DNA from: Acidimicrobiales bacterium
GTDB taxonomy: Bacteria > Actinomycetota > Acidimicrobiia > Acidimicrobiales > UBA8190
Direction of reading: 5' to 3'
Assembly: GCA_017882995.1 (NCBI GenBank)
Contig: JADGOL010000228.1
Location: 771 to 64,770 of the forward strand
DNA: 64,000 bases
Positions 9,052-19,341 of this stretch are shown piece after piece. The notes under the pieces were generated by a model, which worked only from the letters and a program-made list of their open reading frames with translations, was not told where the DNA came from and ran no database searches. A program made the translations under genes and the position numbers. Each line of letters opens with the position of its first letter. The first letter of the stretch is position 1.

Positions 9052-9999
9052 GTGGGGGTTCGAGCTGCGGTGTGGGACCTCGGGAGCAGTTCGTTCCACC
9101 TTCTCGTCTGTGAAGCCGGGCCCGGGGACTCTCTGACGCCGGTGCTGCACCGGCGGGCGCTGCTGAATCTCGGCCTGAGCGTGGGGGAGCGCGGGAACAT
9201 CCCACGGGACCGGATCGCGGCGTCGGTGGCGGCCGCCAAACGGCTGCGGGCGGGGCTCACCGAAGCTCGAGCCGAGATCGTCGTCGCCCTCGCCACGGCT
9301 GCCCTACGAGATGCTGCCAACAGCTCCGACGTCGTGGAACGCCTGGAAAGGGTGGTCGGGACCAAGGTGCTCGTCCTCGGCGGCGAGGAGGAGGCGCGGC
9401 TGTGCTTCATCGGGCAGTGCGCCGGGGTGTGGACGGGCCCGGGCCCGACGCTGGGGATGGACCTGGGAGGCGGAAGCCTCGAAGCGGCCGTCGGGGACGC
9501 CGCGCACCTAGGCGTGGCCATGAGCGCGGCGATCGGTCCCGCCCGCCTCCGGGGCGAGCTCGGGACCGGCGACCCCCTGTCGGTCGCCGATCAGGTCGCG
9601 TTGCGGGCCCGCACGGCCGAGGCCATGGCACCGATTGCCGCCGCTGTCTCGGACCATCCCGGAGTCGCCGATCGGACGGTCGTGAGCGGGGGGACGGTGC
9701 GAGCCCTGGCCCGGCTGGCCACCGCGCGCGCCCGACGGAGGCCGTCGGCGGGTCCGGGCGAGGTCAACCAGGTCGAGTTGCCGGCGAGTCAGGTTCTCGA
9801 GCTCGCCGATCAGCTGGCGAGGCTCGACTTGCGGGCCCGCCTGGCGCTCCCGGGAATGCAGCCCCGCCGGGCGCCGCTCCTCCCGGTGGGGGCGGCGGTT
9901 CTGGCCACGGTGGCGTCGGAGCTCGGGGTGGGACGATTCGTGGTGAGCGAATGGGGCCTACGCGAGGGGGCGATCCTCGACGCGCTGCACCATCGTTGA
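9052..9999 (+). CDS. Ppx/GppA family phosphatase (exopolyphosphatase / guanosine pentaphosphate phosphohydrolase)
   Basis: 315 aa. The N-terminal [15 protein letters not shown] matches the Ppx/GppA phosphate-1 motif (DxGSNSxRL), and MDLGGGSLE is the second ASKHA motif. Confidence 0.85.
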   Translation: MGVRAAVWDLGSSSFHLLVCEAGPGDSLTPVLHRRALLNLGLSVGERGNIPRDRIAASVAAAKRLRAGLTEARAEIVVALATAALRDAANSSDVVERLERVVGTKVLVLGGEEEARLCFIGQCAGVWTGPGPTLGMDLGGGSLEAAVGDAAHLGVAMSAAIGPARLRGELGTGDPLSVADQVALRARTAEAMAPIAAAVSDHPGVADRTVVSGGTVRALARLATARARRRPSAGPGEVNQVELPASQVLELADQLARLDLRARLALPGMQPRRAPLLPVGAAVLATVASELGVGRFVVSEWGLREGAILDALHHR

Positions 10000-10115
10000 A
10001 CGATCGACGTTGAGGGCGACGCATCAGCGCGCGCCGAACAGAAGAGGAGCTCTTGTCTGGTGACGCCGGGACCCGGTTGCGGTCCAGGCGGATGAAACGT
10101 CGAACCCAGAAGGTC

Positions 10116-10271
10116 CTACGTCGTCTTCTTGCCCAAGATCCTGTTCATCTTGGTGCCGCACGTCGGACAGGTCCCTTGTGCGGCCCGCCGACCATTGGCG
10201 AGCTCGACTTCCTGACCTTCGAACTGCCGCTTTTCACGACATTTCACACAGTAACCCTCGTACGAAGCCAC
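10116..10271 (-). CDS. Small zinc-ribbon protein (DUF5679-like)
   Basis: 51 aa: VASYEGYCVKCREKRQFEG...GTCPTCGTKMNRILGKK, with two CxxC pairs. GTG start has GAGGAGGA 7 nt upstream. Confidence 0.7.
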   Translation of the reverse strand: MASYEGYCVKCREKRQFEGQEVELANGRRAAQGTCPTCGTKMNRILGKKTT

Positions 10272-10541
10272 GCTCGTCCTCCTCACTGTGCGCCCCGCCA
10301 GATATCGAGTTGAAGCTATCGCCGGGCCTCGCACCACACGCGGATGGTAGGCACGCCGGCGACGCCGGCGGCGAAGGAGACGGCCTTTGACCGGCTGACC
10401 AGGGAGTCGCCGGTCCATGCTGACGCCTGGCGCGGCCCCGGGGGTGGGCCCGGCGCTGGCCCGAGAGGCGATGGGTTGTCACACTGGACAAGGACCGGGG
10501 AGCTCTCCGAGTCGCTCTCCACGTCGAGAAGGGATGTCGTG

Positions 10542-11360
10542 ATGACGGGAAACGCAGAGTCGGTCATCACGATCCTGGCCGAGGAGTGGGGTGCCATCGA
10601 CACCCTGGCACAGGGCCTCGCCGACGCGGAGTGGGACCTGCCGTCGGAATGTCCGGGGTGGACGGTACGAGACGTGTTGTCGCACCTGATCGGCATCGAG
10701 CGGGTGCTGCTCGGCGAGGCACTCCCACCGCCACTCCCGGAATTGCCCGCCCACGTCGAAAACGAAGTCGGAGCGCGCAACGAGGCCTGGGTGGCGCCGC
10801 GACGCTCGCGTCCCGGTCCCGATGTCTTGCACGAGTTCCAAGAGGTCACGGCCCGCCGCATCGCGGAACTGCGGTCATGGCCCGAATCTCGCTTCGACGA
10901 GATCGGCCCGAGCCCGGTCGGTGAGGTCCCCTATCGCGAGTTCATGCAGGTTCGGGTCATGGACTCCTGGGTGCACGAGCAGGACATCCGTGTCGCGACG
11001 GCCCGGCCCGGTCACGACTCGGGACCTGCCGCGGAGCTCTCGATCGACCGCTTGTGCGCGGCGATGCCGTTCGTGGTGGGCAAGCAGGCGGGAGCCCCCG
11101 AGGGAGCCTCTGTCCGATTCGAGTTGCGTGGTCCGCTGGCGCGCCGCATCGAGGTCGTCGTGCGCGACGGCCGCGCCAAGGCTGTCGCGGCGCTCGACGC
11201 CCAACCGACGACCTCTCTCGACATCGACGTCGAGGTCTTCTGGCGCCTGGCATGTGGTCGGGTTGACGGAAAGGCTGCTCGTCTCGCCGGGCTCGTGGAC
11301 ATCGGCGGCGACGAAGCCCTCGCGTCACGTGTGCTCGACGCCATGGCGTTCATGATCTGA
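10542..11360 (+). CDS. Maleylpyruvate isomerase-family mycothiol-dependent enzyme (DinB/MDMPI_N fold)
   Basis: WDLPSECPGWTVRDVLSHLIG is typical of the TIGR03083 / MDMPI N-terminal domain. ATG 10542 is preferred over the ORF start 10344, whose extension is G/P/R-rich. Confidence 0.75.
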   Translation: MTGNAESVITILAEEWGAIDTLAQGLADAEWDLPSECPGWTVRDVLSHLIGIERVLLGEALPPPLPELPAHVENEVGARNEAWVAPRRSRPGPDVLHEFQEVTARRIAELRSWPESRFDEIGPSPVGEVPYREFMQVRVMDSWVHEQDIRVATARPGHDSGPAAELSIDRLCAAMPFVVGKQAGAPEGASVRFELRGPLARRIEVVVRDGRAKAVAALDAQPTTSLDIDVEVFWRLACGRVDGKAARLAGLVDIGGDEALASRVLDAMAFMI

Positions 11361-11434
11361 CGGCGCCCACGGTCCGTGGCCGTATCCCCCGTGCGACGGG
11401 TACGTGACGGGGGCTTGTAGACTCTGGCTTCCTT

Positions 11435-12877
11435 ATGCGCGCCATTGCAGAGCAGGTCGAGGGCAACAGGGTTCGCCTATCGGTTGAAGTCGACGAGTCC
11501 GAGGTGGACCAAGCACTCGACGCCACCGTTCGTCGGCTCTCCACCCAGGTGCGGGTCCCGGGCTTTCGTCCCGGCAAGGTGCCGCGCCAAGTTCTCGAGG
11601 CCCGGCTCGGAGGTGCCAGCGCGTTGCGCCAACAGGCATTGAGCGATGCCCTCCCCGATCTGTACGCGCGCGCCGTCGTCGACACGGAAGTCGACCCCAT
11701 TGCGGCGCCGGAGATCGACATCAAGTCCGGCGAGGACGGAGGTCCGGTGACCTTCGACGCCGTCGTCGAGATCCGACCCACGGTGTCGATCGCCGGCTAC
11801 GGCGGGTTGCAGGTGACGCTTCCGGGCATCGCGGTCAGCGACGAGGAGATCACCGCCCAGGTGGACCGCTTGCGCGATCAGTCCGGCGAGCTCACCTCGG
11901 TGAGCCGCGCCGCGCGCGACGGGGACCACGTGTCGATCGATCTCCACAGGTCGCGCCAACGCGGCGAGGACCTGCACGTCGAGGACTACCTCTACGAGGT
12001 CGGCAGTGGCGCCGAGATCGAAGGCCTCGACGAACAGCTGCGGGGCGCCAAGACGGGCGACATTCTGCAGTTCGCCGCACCGGTCCGTGCCGAGGACTCC
12101 GAGGACGAGGCCCAGATCCGAGTGCTCGTCAAAGACGTCAAGGAGAAGATCCTCCCCGAGCCCACCGACGAGTGGGCAGCCGAGGCTTCGGAGTTCGACA
12201 CCTTGGAGGCCTTGCAAGACGATCTGCGGGGTCGGCTCCGGCAGCTCAAATTGGTCCAGGCCCAGCTCGCTCTGCGCGAGCGCACCGTCGATGCCCTCGT
12301 CGGGCTGGTCGCCGAGGACCCCCCCGAGTCACTGGTCGAGGAGGAGGTCCGTGAGCGGCTGCACGATCTCGGACACCGCCTCGAGGCGCGCCGCCTGACC
12401 GTCGAGCAGTTCCTCCAGGCATCGGGCCGGGGCGAAGGCGAGTTGCTCGGCGAGATCCGGGCCGATGCCGCTCGGGCGGTTCGCCTGGACCTTGCGCTCC
12501 GGGCCCTGGCTGACGCCGAGGACGTCCAGGTCACCGACGAGGAGCTCGACGGAACCATCGGGGAGATGGCCCAGCAGGCAGGCACCAGTGCGGCCGACTT
12601 AAGGCGCCGACTCGACCGCGCAGGCAGGCTGCCCGCGGTACGCTCCGACAGGAGGAAGTCGAAGGCATTGACCTGGCTCTTCGACCAAGTGGACCTGGTC
12701 GACGAGGACGGAAAACCCCTGTCGCGGGACGACTTGCACGTGGATGTCGCAGCACAGGGAGCGGGTGACGCCGAGAAGGGCGGCCAAGAGGGCACCGCCG
12801 ATGAGGCCGGTCCCGGCGAGCAAGGGAGCGAGGACGTGCAGGCTGAGGGACGATCCACGGTGGAGGCCGAATCGTGA
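11435..12877 (+). CDS. tig: Trigger factor
   Basis: 480 aa. N-terminal ribosome-binding motif [17 protein letters not shown], acidic C-terminal tail, sits directly upstream of clpP-clpX. Confidence 0.95.
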   Translation: MRAIAEQVEGNRVRLSVEVDESEVDQALDATVRRLSTQVRVPGFRPGKVPRQVLEARLGGASALRQQALSDALPDLYARAVVDTEVDPIAAPEIDIKSGEDGGPVTFDAVVEIRPTVSIAGYGGLQVTLPGIAVSDEEITAQVDRLRDQSGELTSVSRAARDGDHVSIDLHRSRQRGEDLHVEDYLYEVGSGAEIEGLDEQLRGAKTGDILQFAAPVRAEDSEDEAQIRVLVKDVKEKILPEPTDEWAAEASEFDTLEALQDDLRGRLRQLKLVQAQLALRERTVDALVGLVAEDPPESLVEEEVRERLHDLGHRLEARRLTVEQFLQASGRGEGELLGEIRADAARAVRLDLALRALADAEDVQVTDEELDGTIGEMAQQAGTSAADLRRRLDRAGRLPAVRSDRRKSKALTWLFDQVDLVDEDGKPLSRDDLHVDVAAQGAGDAEKGGQEGTADEAGPGEQGSEDVQAEGRSTVEAES

Positions 12878-13515
12878 GGGTCACAGGCGACGCGCAGGGC
12901 TATCTCGTGCCCACGGTCATCGAGCAGACGAGCCGGGGAGAGCGTGGATACGACCTCTACTCCCGCTTGCTCAAGGAGCGCATCATCATCCTCGGGACGC
13001 CCATCGACGACACCGTGGCCAACCTCATTTGCGCTCAGATGCTCTTTCTCGAGTACGAGGAGCCGGACAAAGACATCCACCTTTACGTCAATTCGCCGGG
13101 AGGCGACATCACCGCCCTCTTCGCGATCTACGACACGATGAAATTCGTGAAGCCCGATGTGTCGACGTTCTGTTTCGGCCAGGCGGCCTCGGCGGCGGCG
13201 GTGCTGTTGGCAGCGGGCGCCAAGGGCAAGCGGTTCGCGCTGCCGCATGCCCGGATCCTTCTCCATCAACCCTGGGGCGGAGCAGCCGGGCAGGCGAGCG
13301 ACATCGAGCTGCAGGCCAAGGAGATCATCCGGATGCGAGACCTCCTGAACTCCATGATCTCCGATGACACCGGGCAGGCCCCTGACAAGATCGCCCGCGA
13401 CACCGATCGGGACTTCGTGATCACCGCCGACGAGGCCGTGACATACGGGCTGATCGACGAGGTGATCACCACTCGTGATGCCGTGGGTGCAGCCGAAGCC
13501 GTCGGCGCGGCGTAG
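12874..13515 (+). CDS. clpP: ATP-dependent Clp protease proteolytic subunit
   Basis: [13 protein letters not shown], catalytic Ser in GQAASAAA, His in LLHQP. GTG start overlaps the tig stop (GTGA). Confidence 0.96.
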   Translation: MRVTGDAQGYLVPTVIEQTSRGERGYDLYSRLLKERIIILGTPIDDTVANLICAQMLFLEYEEPDKDIHLYVNSPGGDITALFAIYDTMKFVKPDVSTFCFGQAASAAAVLLAAGAKGKRFALPHARILLHQPWGGAAGQASDIELQAKEIIRMRDLLNSMISDDTGQAPDKIARDTDRDFVITADEAVTYGLIDEVITTRDAVGAAEAVGAA

Positions 13516-13545
13516 GCTTGTACAGGGACGAAGGGGGAGAACACG

Positions 13546-14820
13546 GTGGCGAAGTTCGGGGACGGCGGAGACCTCGTCAAGTGCAGTTTCTGTGGCAAGT
13601 CCCAGAAGCAGGTCAAGAAGCTGATCGCCGGGCCCGGTGTCTACATCTGTGACGAATGCATCGACCTTTGCAACGACATCATCGCCGAGGAGCTCGCCGA
13701 GACGCCGGAGTTCTCCTTCGAGGAGCTTCCCAAGCCCCGTGAGATCTTCGACTTTCTGAACGACTACGTGATCGGTCAGGAATACGCCAAGAAGATCCTG
13801 TCAGTGGCGGTCTACAACCACTACAAGCGTGTCCAGGCCGGGACGGCCCAGGCATCCGAGGTCGAACTGGCGAAGTCCAACATCCTTCTCCTCGGTCCCA
13901 CCGGTTGCGGCAAGACACTGTTGGCCCAGACCCTGGCCCGCATGCTCAATGTGCCCTTCGCTATCGCGGACGCCACCGCGCTGACCGAGGCTGGGTACGT
14001 CGGCGAGGATGTTGAGAACATCCTCCTCAAGCTGATCCAAGCGGCCGACTATGACGTCAAGCGGGCCGAGACCGGGATCATCTATATCGACGAGATCGAC
14101 AAGATCGCCCGCAAGAGCGAGAACCCCTCGATCACCCGTGACGTGTCGGGGGAGGGTGTGCAGCAGGCGCTGCTCAAGATCTTGGAGGGGACAACCGCCT
14201 CGGTGCCGCCCCAGGGTGGCCGGAAGCATCCCCATCAGGAATTCATCCAGATCGACACCACCAACATCCTGTTCATCTGTGGTGGGGCGTTCGCCGGGCT
14301 CGACAAGATCATCGAGAGCCGCATCGGCCGCAAGGGCATCGGCTTTCGGGCCGAGGTTCGTCGCAGCACCGAAGCCCGCGACAGCGAGGTTCTGCGACAC
14401 GTCCTGCCCGAAGATCTGATCAAGTTCGGGCTGATCCCCGAGTTCATCGGACGGCTCCCGGTCGTAGGAGCGGTGTCGAGCCTCGACAAGGATGCGCTCA
14501 TCCAGATCTTGGTCGAGCCCAAGAACGCGCTGGTAAAGCAGTATCGACGGGTGTTCGAGCTCGACGGTGTGGAGCTCGAGTTCGGTGACGACGCCCTGGA
14601 GGCCGTCGCCGAACAGGCGCTGCTGCGCGGCACCGGAGCCCGCGGTCTGCGCGCCATTCTCGAAGAGGTCCTCCTAGAGGTCATGTACGACCTTCCGAGC
14701 CGTACCGATGTCGGCAAGTGCGTCATCGACCGGGCTGTGGTGCTCGATCGCGTCCACCCGACGCTCGTACCCCAGAGTGAGCCGGCCAACAAGGTGCGTA
14801 CGCGCCGGGCCGCTTCCTGA
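13546..14820 (+). CDS. clpX: ATP-dependent Clp protease ATP-binding subunit ClpX
   Basis: N-terminal zinc finger CSFCGKSQ...ICDECIDLC, Walker A GPTGCGKT, Walker [10 protein letters not shown]. Confidence 0.97.
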   Translation: MAKFGDGGDLVKCSFCGKSQKQVKKLIAGPGVYICDECIDLCNDIIAEELAETPEFSFEELPKPREIFDFLNDYVIGQEYAKKILSVAVYNHYKRVQAGTAQASEVELAKSNILLLGPTGCGKTLLAQTLARMLNVPFAIADATALTEAGYVGEDVENILLKLIQAADYDVKRAETGIIYIDEIDKIARKSENPSITRDVSGEGVQQALLKILEGTTASVPPQGGRKHPHQEFIQIDTTNILFICGGAFAGLDKIIESRIGRKGIGFRAEVRRSTEARDSEVLRHVLPEDLIKFGLIPEFIGRLPVVGAVSSLDKDALIQILVEPKNALVKQYRRVFELDGVELEFGDDALEAVAEQALLRGTGARGLRAILEEVLLEVMYDLPSRTDVGKCVIDRAVVLDRVHPTLVPQSEPANKVRTRRAAS

Positions 14821-14837
14821 CCGACCTCCACGCGGCG

Positions 14838-16211
14838 TTGTCAGCCCACACCGACAGCGACGTGCCGCGCCCCGGGCGCGACGACATGGTGGCCTGGCTC
14901 GACAGTCACACCGATTACGAGTTGTCCATGCCCACGCGGGTGGGTGCCCCCACACTGGAGCGCATACGTGCCTGGTGCCGACTGCTGGGCGATCCCGAGC
15001 GATCGTGCCCGGTCGTGCACGTGACGGGCACCAACGGCAAGGGCTCGACTGCCAAGATCCTGACCGAGCTGTTCATCGCCGATGGGCTGAGCGTCGGCAC
15101 GTACACGAGTCCCAATCTCGCTCGGGTCAACGAACGCCTGGCCCGAAACGGCGAGCCCATCGACGACGACGAGCTGGCCGAGGTGCTCGGATCACTGGCG
15201 GCGATCGAGCCCTTGCTCGCCGAACGCACCACGCGCTTCGAGCTCCTGACCGCGGCGGCCTTTCGGTGGTTCGCCGACAGCCCCGTCGACGTGGCGGTCA
15301 TCGAAGTCGGGCTCGGTGGTCGCTGGGATGCCACCAACGTCGTCGAACCTGACGTGGCTGTCATCACGAACGTGAGCTACGACCACGTGGAGATCCTCGG
15401 TCCGACCCTCCTCGACATCGCCAGGGAGAAGGCCGGGATCATCAAGCCGGGGTGTCGAGTCGTGGTGGGGGAGACCGATCCCGAGCTGCTCGGTGTCTTC
15501 ACGGCCGCCGCCGAGGAGTGCGGGGCGGTCGAGACCTGGGTGCGGGGCGTGGAGTTCGACTGCGTCGGCAATCAGGTGGCGGTGGGCGGCAGGCTCCTCG
15601 ACCTGCGCACGCCCTCGGCGCACTACCCCGAGGTGTTCCTGTCGTTGCATGGTGCTCATCAGGGCGACAACGCGGCGTGTGCCTTGGCAGCCGCCGAGGC
15701 CTTCTTCGGTGCTCCGCTCGCGCCGGAGGTGGTCGAGCACGCCCTGGGCGCGGTACGGGTCCCGGGGCGGATGGAGATCATCTCCCGAGCACCGGTCATC
15801 GTCCTCGACGGGGCCCACAACGTGGCCGGAGCCCAGGCACTGGGACGAGCCCTGGCGGCGGAGCTCGCCCCGGCCGACGACGCCATCGCCCTGATCGGCA
15901 TGCTCCACGGCCGGGACCCCAGTGCCATGCTCGAGGCCCTGCGTCCGGCCGGGGTCACCACGGTCGTGGCGTGCACGGCGCCGTCACCGAGGGCACTCCC
16001 GGCCCCGTCCATCGCCGAGGCCGCACGAGCCCTGGGTTTCAAGGCCATCGCGGCGGACACCGTGGCGGATGGCCTCACCCTGGCTCGGGCCCGGCTGTCA
16101 CCGGCCGGGACGCTCATAGTGACGGGCTCGCTGTACGTGGTGGCCGACGCCCGGGCCATCCTGGTGGGATCGACCGCCTGGGCTGACCCCGGTAGCCTCT
16201 CCGAGCCATGA
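14838..16211 (+). CDS. folC: Bifunctional folylpolyglutamate synthase / dihydrofolate synthase
   Basis: P-loop HVTGTNGKGST and Mur-ligase-family layout. Start is TTG 14838 or ATG 14886. Confidence 0.9.
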   Translation: MSAHTDSDVPRPGRDDMVAWLDSHTDYELSMPTRVGAPTLERIRAWCRLLGDPERSCPVVHVTGTNGKGSTAKILTELFIADGLSVGTYTSPNLARVNERLARNGEPIDDDELAEVLGSLAAIEPLLAERTTRFELLTAAAFRWFADSPVDVAVIEVGLGGRWDATNVVEPDVAVITNVSYDHVEILGPTLLDIAREKAGIIKPGCRVVVGETDPELLGVFTAAAEECGAVETWVRGVEFDCVGNQVAVGGRLLDLRTPSAHYPEVFLSLHGAHQGDNAACALAAAEAFFGAPLAPEVVEHALGAVRVPGRMEIISRAPVIVLDGAHNVAGAQALGRALAAELAPADDAIALIGMLHGRDPSAMLEALRPAGVTTVVACTAPSPRALPAPSIAEAARALGFKAIAADTVADGLTLARARLSPAGTLIVTGSLYVVADARAILVGSTAWADPGSLSEP

Positions 16212-16618
16212 ACCGCACCCTGGTGATCTGCAAGCCTGACGCCGTCGAGCGTGGACTCGTCGGCGAGCTCGTCGGTCGCCTGGAGCGCAAGGGGCTGCGG
16301 CTCGTGGCGGCCCAGCTCCGCCAGATCGACGAGGCCACGGCGTCAGAGCACTACGAAGAGCATCGCGGCAAGCCCTTCTACCCGGACCTGGTCGGGTTCA
16401 TCACGCGCTCGGCCTCGATGGTGCTGGTGGTGGAAGGTCCCGACGACACCTGGAGCATCGTCCGGACCTTGATGGGCTCGACGAACCCCGCCGAGGCGCC
16501 ACCGGGGACCATTCGCGGCGATCTGGGGACGCTGCTGACCGAGAACCTCGTGCACGGCTCGGACTCCGCCGAGTCCGCGGCGCGCGAGATCGCCATCTTC
16601 TTCCCGGGACTGGCCTGA
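16208..16618 (+). CDS. ndk: Nucleoside-diphosphate kinase
   Basis: 136 aa. MNRTLVICKPDAVERGLVGE..., active-site NLVHGSDS. ATGA overlap with folC. Confidence 0.97.
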   Translation: MNRTLVICKPDAVERGLVGELVGRLERKGLRLVAAQLRQIDEATASEHYEEHRGKPFYPDLVGFITRSASMVLVVEGPDDTWSIVRTLMGSTNPAEAPPGTIRGDLGTLLTENLVHGSDSAESAAREIAIFFPGLA

Positions 16619-16619
16619 C

Positions 16620-16637
16620 GCCGTCGGTCCCGACGGC
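16620..16637 (+). terminator. Short hairpin immediately after ndk
   Basis: GCCGTCG-GTCC-CGACGGC (7-bp stem, 4-nt loop) begins 2 nt after the ndk stop and is followed only by TT. Confidence 0.3.
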
Positions 16638-16784
16638 TTGACATCGCGACCCCGCGCAGGCCCGCCCGCTCGCCTTGTGTGGTCGAGTGGAGTCCCGTAG
16701 CCTGGGAGGAACCCCCAGTACAGAGGCGGGAGGCCGCCCGGATTCGGCGACGGTCCCCGCTCCATCAAGAGGTAGATCGACGCC

Positions 16785-17816
16785 ATGCGGGACAACCGGT
16801 TCTTCTTGCTCGGCCGCGATATGGCCGTCGACCTCGGCACGGCGAACACGCTCGTGTACGTGCGCGGTCGCGGCATCATCTTGAACGAGCCATCGGTTGT
16901 GGCGGTGAACGTCAAGGACGGCCGTCCTCTCGCCGTCGGTGCCGAGGCCAAGCGCATGATCGGCCGCACGCCCAGTCACATCCAGGCCATCCGTCCCTTG
17001 AAGGACGGCGTCATCGCCGACTTCGAGATCTGCGAGAAGATGCTTCGCTACTTCATCCAGCGCGTCCACCAGCGTCGCTTCGCCAAGCCGCGCATGGTGA
17101 TCTGCGTTCCCTCGGGGATCACCGGAGTAGAGCAGCGAGCGGTCATGGAGGCCGCCGAATACGCCGGAGCACGCAAGGCATACATCATTGAGGAGCCCAT
17201 GGCGGCCGCGATCGGTGCGGGGCTCCCGGTGCACGAGCCGACGGGCAACATGGTCGTGGACATCGGAGGTGGCACCACCGAAGTGGCCGTCATCTCGCTG
17301 GGCGGGATCGTCACGAGCCAGTCGGTGCGTATCGGCGGTGACGAGCTCGACGAGGCGATCATCTCCTACATCAAGAAGGAATACAGCCTCGCGCTGGGCG
17401 AACGCACCGCCGAGGAGATCAAGATCGCGCTGGGCTCCGCGTTCGCGCTCGAAGAGGAGCTGCACGCCGAGATCCGGGGCCGGGACTTGGTCACTGGCCT
17501 TCCGAAGACTGTCGTCGTTTCCACCGAAGAGATCCGCAAGGCCATCGACGAGCCGGTGTCGGCCATCATCGATGCCGTCAAGGTGACGCTCGACAAGACG
17601 CCGCCCGAGCTCGCGGCCGACATCATGGAGCAGGGGATCGTGCTCACCGGTGGTGGCGCCCTGCTGCACGGTCTCGACGCCCGGCTGCAAGAGGAGACGG
17701 GCATGCCCATCGTGGTTGCCCGCGATCCCCTCAACTGCGTGGCGATCGGGAGTGGCCAGTGCCTCGAGGAGTTCGAAGCGCTCAAGCAGGTCCTCATCAC
17801 GTCCTCTGCCGGGTGA
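16785..17816 (+). CDS. mreB: Rod shape-determining protein MreB
   Basis: 343 aa. [29 protein letters not shown], actin-fold motifs. Confidence 0.97.
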   Translation: MRDNRFFLLGRDMAVDLGTANTLVYVRGRGIILNEPSVVAVNVKDGRPLAVGAEAKRMIGRTPSHIQAIRPLKDGVIADFEICEKMLRYFIQRVHQRRFAKPRMVICVPSGITGVEQRAVMEAAEYAGARKAYIIEEPMAAAIGAGLPVHEPTGNMVVDIGGGTTEVAVISLGGIVTSQSVRIGGDELDEAIISYIKKEYSLALGERTAEEIKIALGSAFALEEELHAEIRGRDLVTGLPKTVVVSTEEIRKAIDEPVSAIIDAVKVTLDKTPPELAADIMEQGIVLTGGGALLHGLDARLQEETGMPIVVARDPLNCVAIGSGQCLEEFEALKQVLITSSAG

Positions 17817-17926
17817 TGGGCGTCCGCGCCAGGCGCGGCCCACGCTTCGCCACCGCTGATCGGGACCCCCTGTCCCGGCGGCTGCGCGCCGGCGGAGCCG
17901 GCAACGCTTCCTGAGAGCGGTCCTGC

Positions 17927-18772
17927 ATGCCGAGGAGGACACGGCGGGCGCGGCGAGCGCGGCGGGGGATGACGATCGGGCTGCTGGTGCTGGCTTCCAT
18001 CGCCATCATCACCCTCGACTACCGGGGCCAGGCCCACGGCGTCATCTCCGGCGCCAAGCGTGGTGCTCATGACGCCTTCTCGCCGCTGCAACGCGGCGTC
18101 GACGCCATCGCTCGTCCCGTGGGCAGGTTCTTGTCCGGTGCTGTGCACGGGGGCGACCTCGAGGCCCAGAACGCGAAGCTGCGACGCGAGATCGGAGCGC
18201 TGCAGCGACAGACATTGATCACCCAGTCGACGCGCAACTCGTTGCGCGCCCTGCAACGTCTCAATCAGTTGCCGTGGGTCGGCGCCACACCCACGGTCAC
18301 CGCCCAGGTCACCGCGCTCAGTCCGTCGGACTTCGCGGCCACGGTCGAGCTCGACAAGGGCAGCGGCAGTGGTGTGGCCGTGGGCATGCCGGTCGTGGGA
18401 GGTGCAGGACTCGTGGGCCAGGTCACCTTGGTGTGGTCGTCGGGGTGCACGGTGCGCCTCGTGACCGACGTCGACTCGTCGGTCGGTGTGCGCTTCGGGT
18501 CGGGGGGGGACCTGGCCCTGGTCCAGGGTTCGGGTCTGGGAAGGAATCTGGCGGTCAACCTCATCGCCCCCGGCACGGCGCTGCACAAGGGCGAGGTGCT
18601 CACCACGAGTGGTTTGCAGCACGCGCAGTATCCCCCTGACATCCCTGTCGCCAGCGTGACGTCGTTCTCCTCGACACCGTCGGCCACCCAGGAGACGGTG
18701 TCGGCCCGCCCTCTCGCTGATCTGGACGTCTTGCAGTACGTCGACGTGCTCCAGTGGCAGCCCTCGCCGTGA
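17927..18772 (+). CDS. mreC: Rod shape-determining protein MreC
   Basis: 281 aa. N-terminal TM helix, coiled-coil stretch (LEAQNAKLRREIGALQRQ), C-terminal beta domains with GMPVV..GLVGQV. Sits between mreB and mreD. Confidence 0.88.
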   Translation: MPRRTRRARRARRGMTIGLLVLASIAIITLDYRGQAHGVISGAKRGAHDAFSPLQRGVDAIARPVGRFLSGAVHGGDLEAQNAKLRREIGALQRQTLITQSTRNSLRALQRLNQLPWVGATPTVTAQVTALSPSDFAATVELDKGSGSGVAVGMPVVGGAGLVGQVTLVWSSGCTVRLVTDVDSSVGVRFGSGGDLALVQGSGLGRNLAVNLIAPGTALHKGEVLTTSGLQHAQYPPDIPVASVTSFSSTPSATQETVSARPLADLDVLQYVDVLQWQPSP

Positions 18773-19341
18773 CCCGCTCTGGCGCCGCCACGCGCGTCGG
18801 GAGCACGCTGACGACCGCCGATGTGGCCCGTTCGACGATCGTGATCGCGGTCGTGCTCGTCATCCAGCACACACTGCTCGACTCGGTCCGGGTCGGAGGC
18901 GCGCACCCTGACCTGATGCTGCTCCTGCCCGTCGCTGCCGGCTACGCCGCGGGACCGGACCGGGGTGCGGTCTTCGGGTTCATCACGGGCCTCGTGGCGG
19001 ACCTGTTCCTCCCCACCCCCTACGGCCTGTCCGCCCTCGTGGGCTGCCTCTTGGGTTACGCCACCGGCATGGCGACCCGAGGACTGGTGCGCAGCTCGTG
19101 GTGGCTGCCGCCCGTCGTCGCGGCGGCGGCGACAGCCGCTGGCATGGGCATGTACGCGATCCTGGGGGCGGTGCTCGGCGACCCGGGAATGCTCAAGACC
19201 TATCTCGTGCCCGCCCTCGTGGTGGGGACGCCATCGGCGGCGTTGCTGGCCGTGCCCGTCCTGCGCTTCGTGGCGTGGGCGGTGCCCGAGCCGGGGCCCG
19301 GTCACGGTGCGGTGGCGGGCGGGGGCGGGGGCACACGGTGA
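18769..19341 (+). CDS. mreD: Rod shape-determining protein MreD
   Basis: About 190-aa polytopic membrane protein directly after mreC. GTG 18769 overlaps the mreC stop (GTGA); the alternative start is GTG 18754. Confidence 0.75.
   Translation: MTRSGAATRVGSTLTTADVARSTIVIAVVLVIQHTLLDSVRVGGAHPDLMLLLPVAAGYAAGPDRGAVFGFITGLVADLFLPTPYGLSALVGCLLGYATGMATRGLVRSSWWLPPVVAAAATAAGMGMYAILGAVLGDPGMLKTYLVPALVVGTPSAALLAVPVLRFVAWAVPEPGPGHGAVAGGGGGTR

Noticed and set aside
16639-16644. Perfect TTGACA hexamer after ndk as a -35 box for mreB
   Set aside because: No TAnnnT-like -10 occurs 16-19 nt downstream (the sequence there is all G/C), so a promoter call is not supported.
16401-17942. 513-aa minus-strand ORF
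   Set aside because: It is antisense to ndk and mreB, an artefact of GC-rich sequence.
19098-19337. Further upstream extension of the PBP2 ORF (start 19098)
   Set aside because: It lies entirely inside mreD in another frame, is G/R-rich, and the GTG at 19338 overlapping the mreD stop fits the local coupling pattern.
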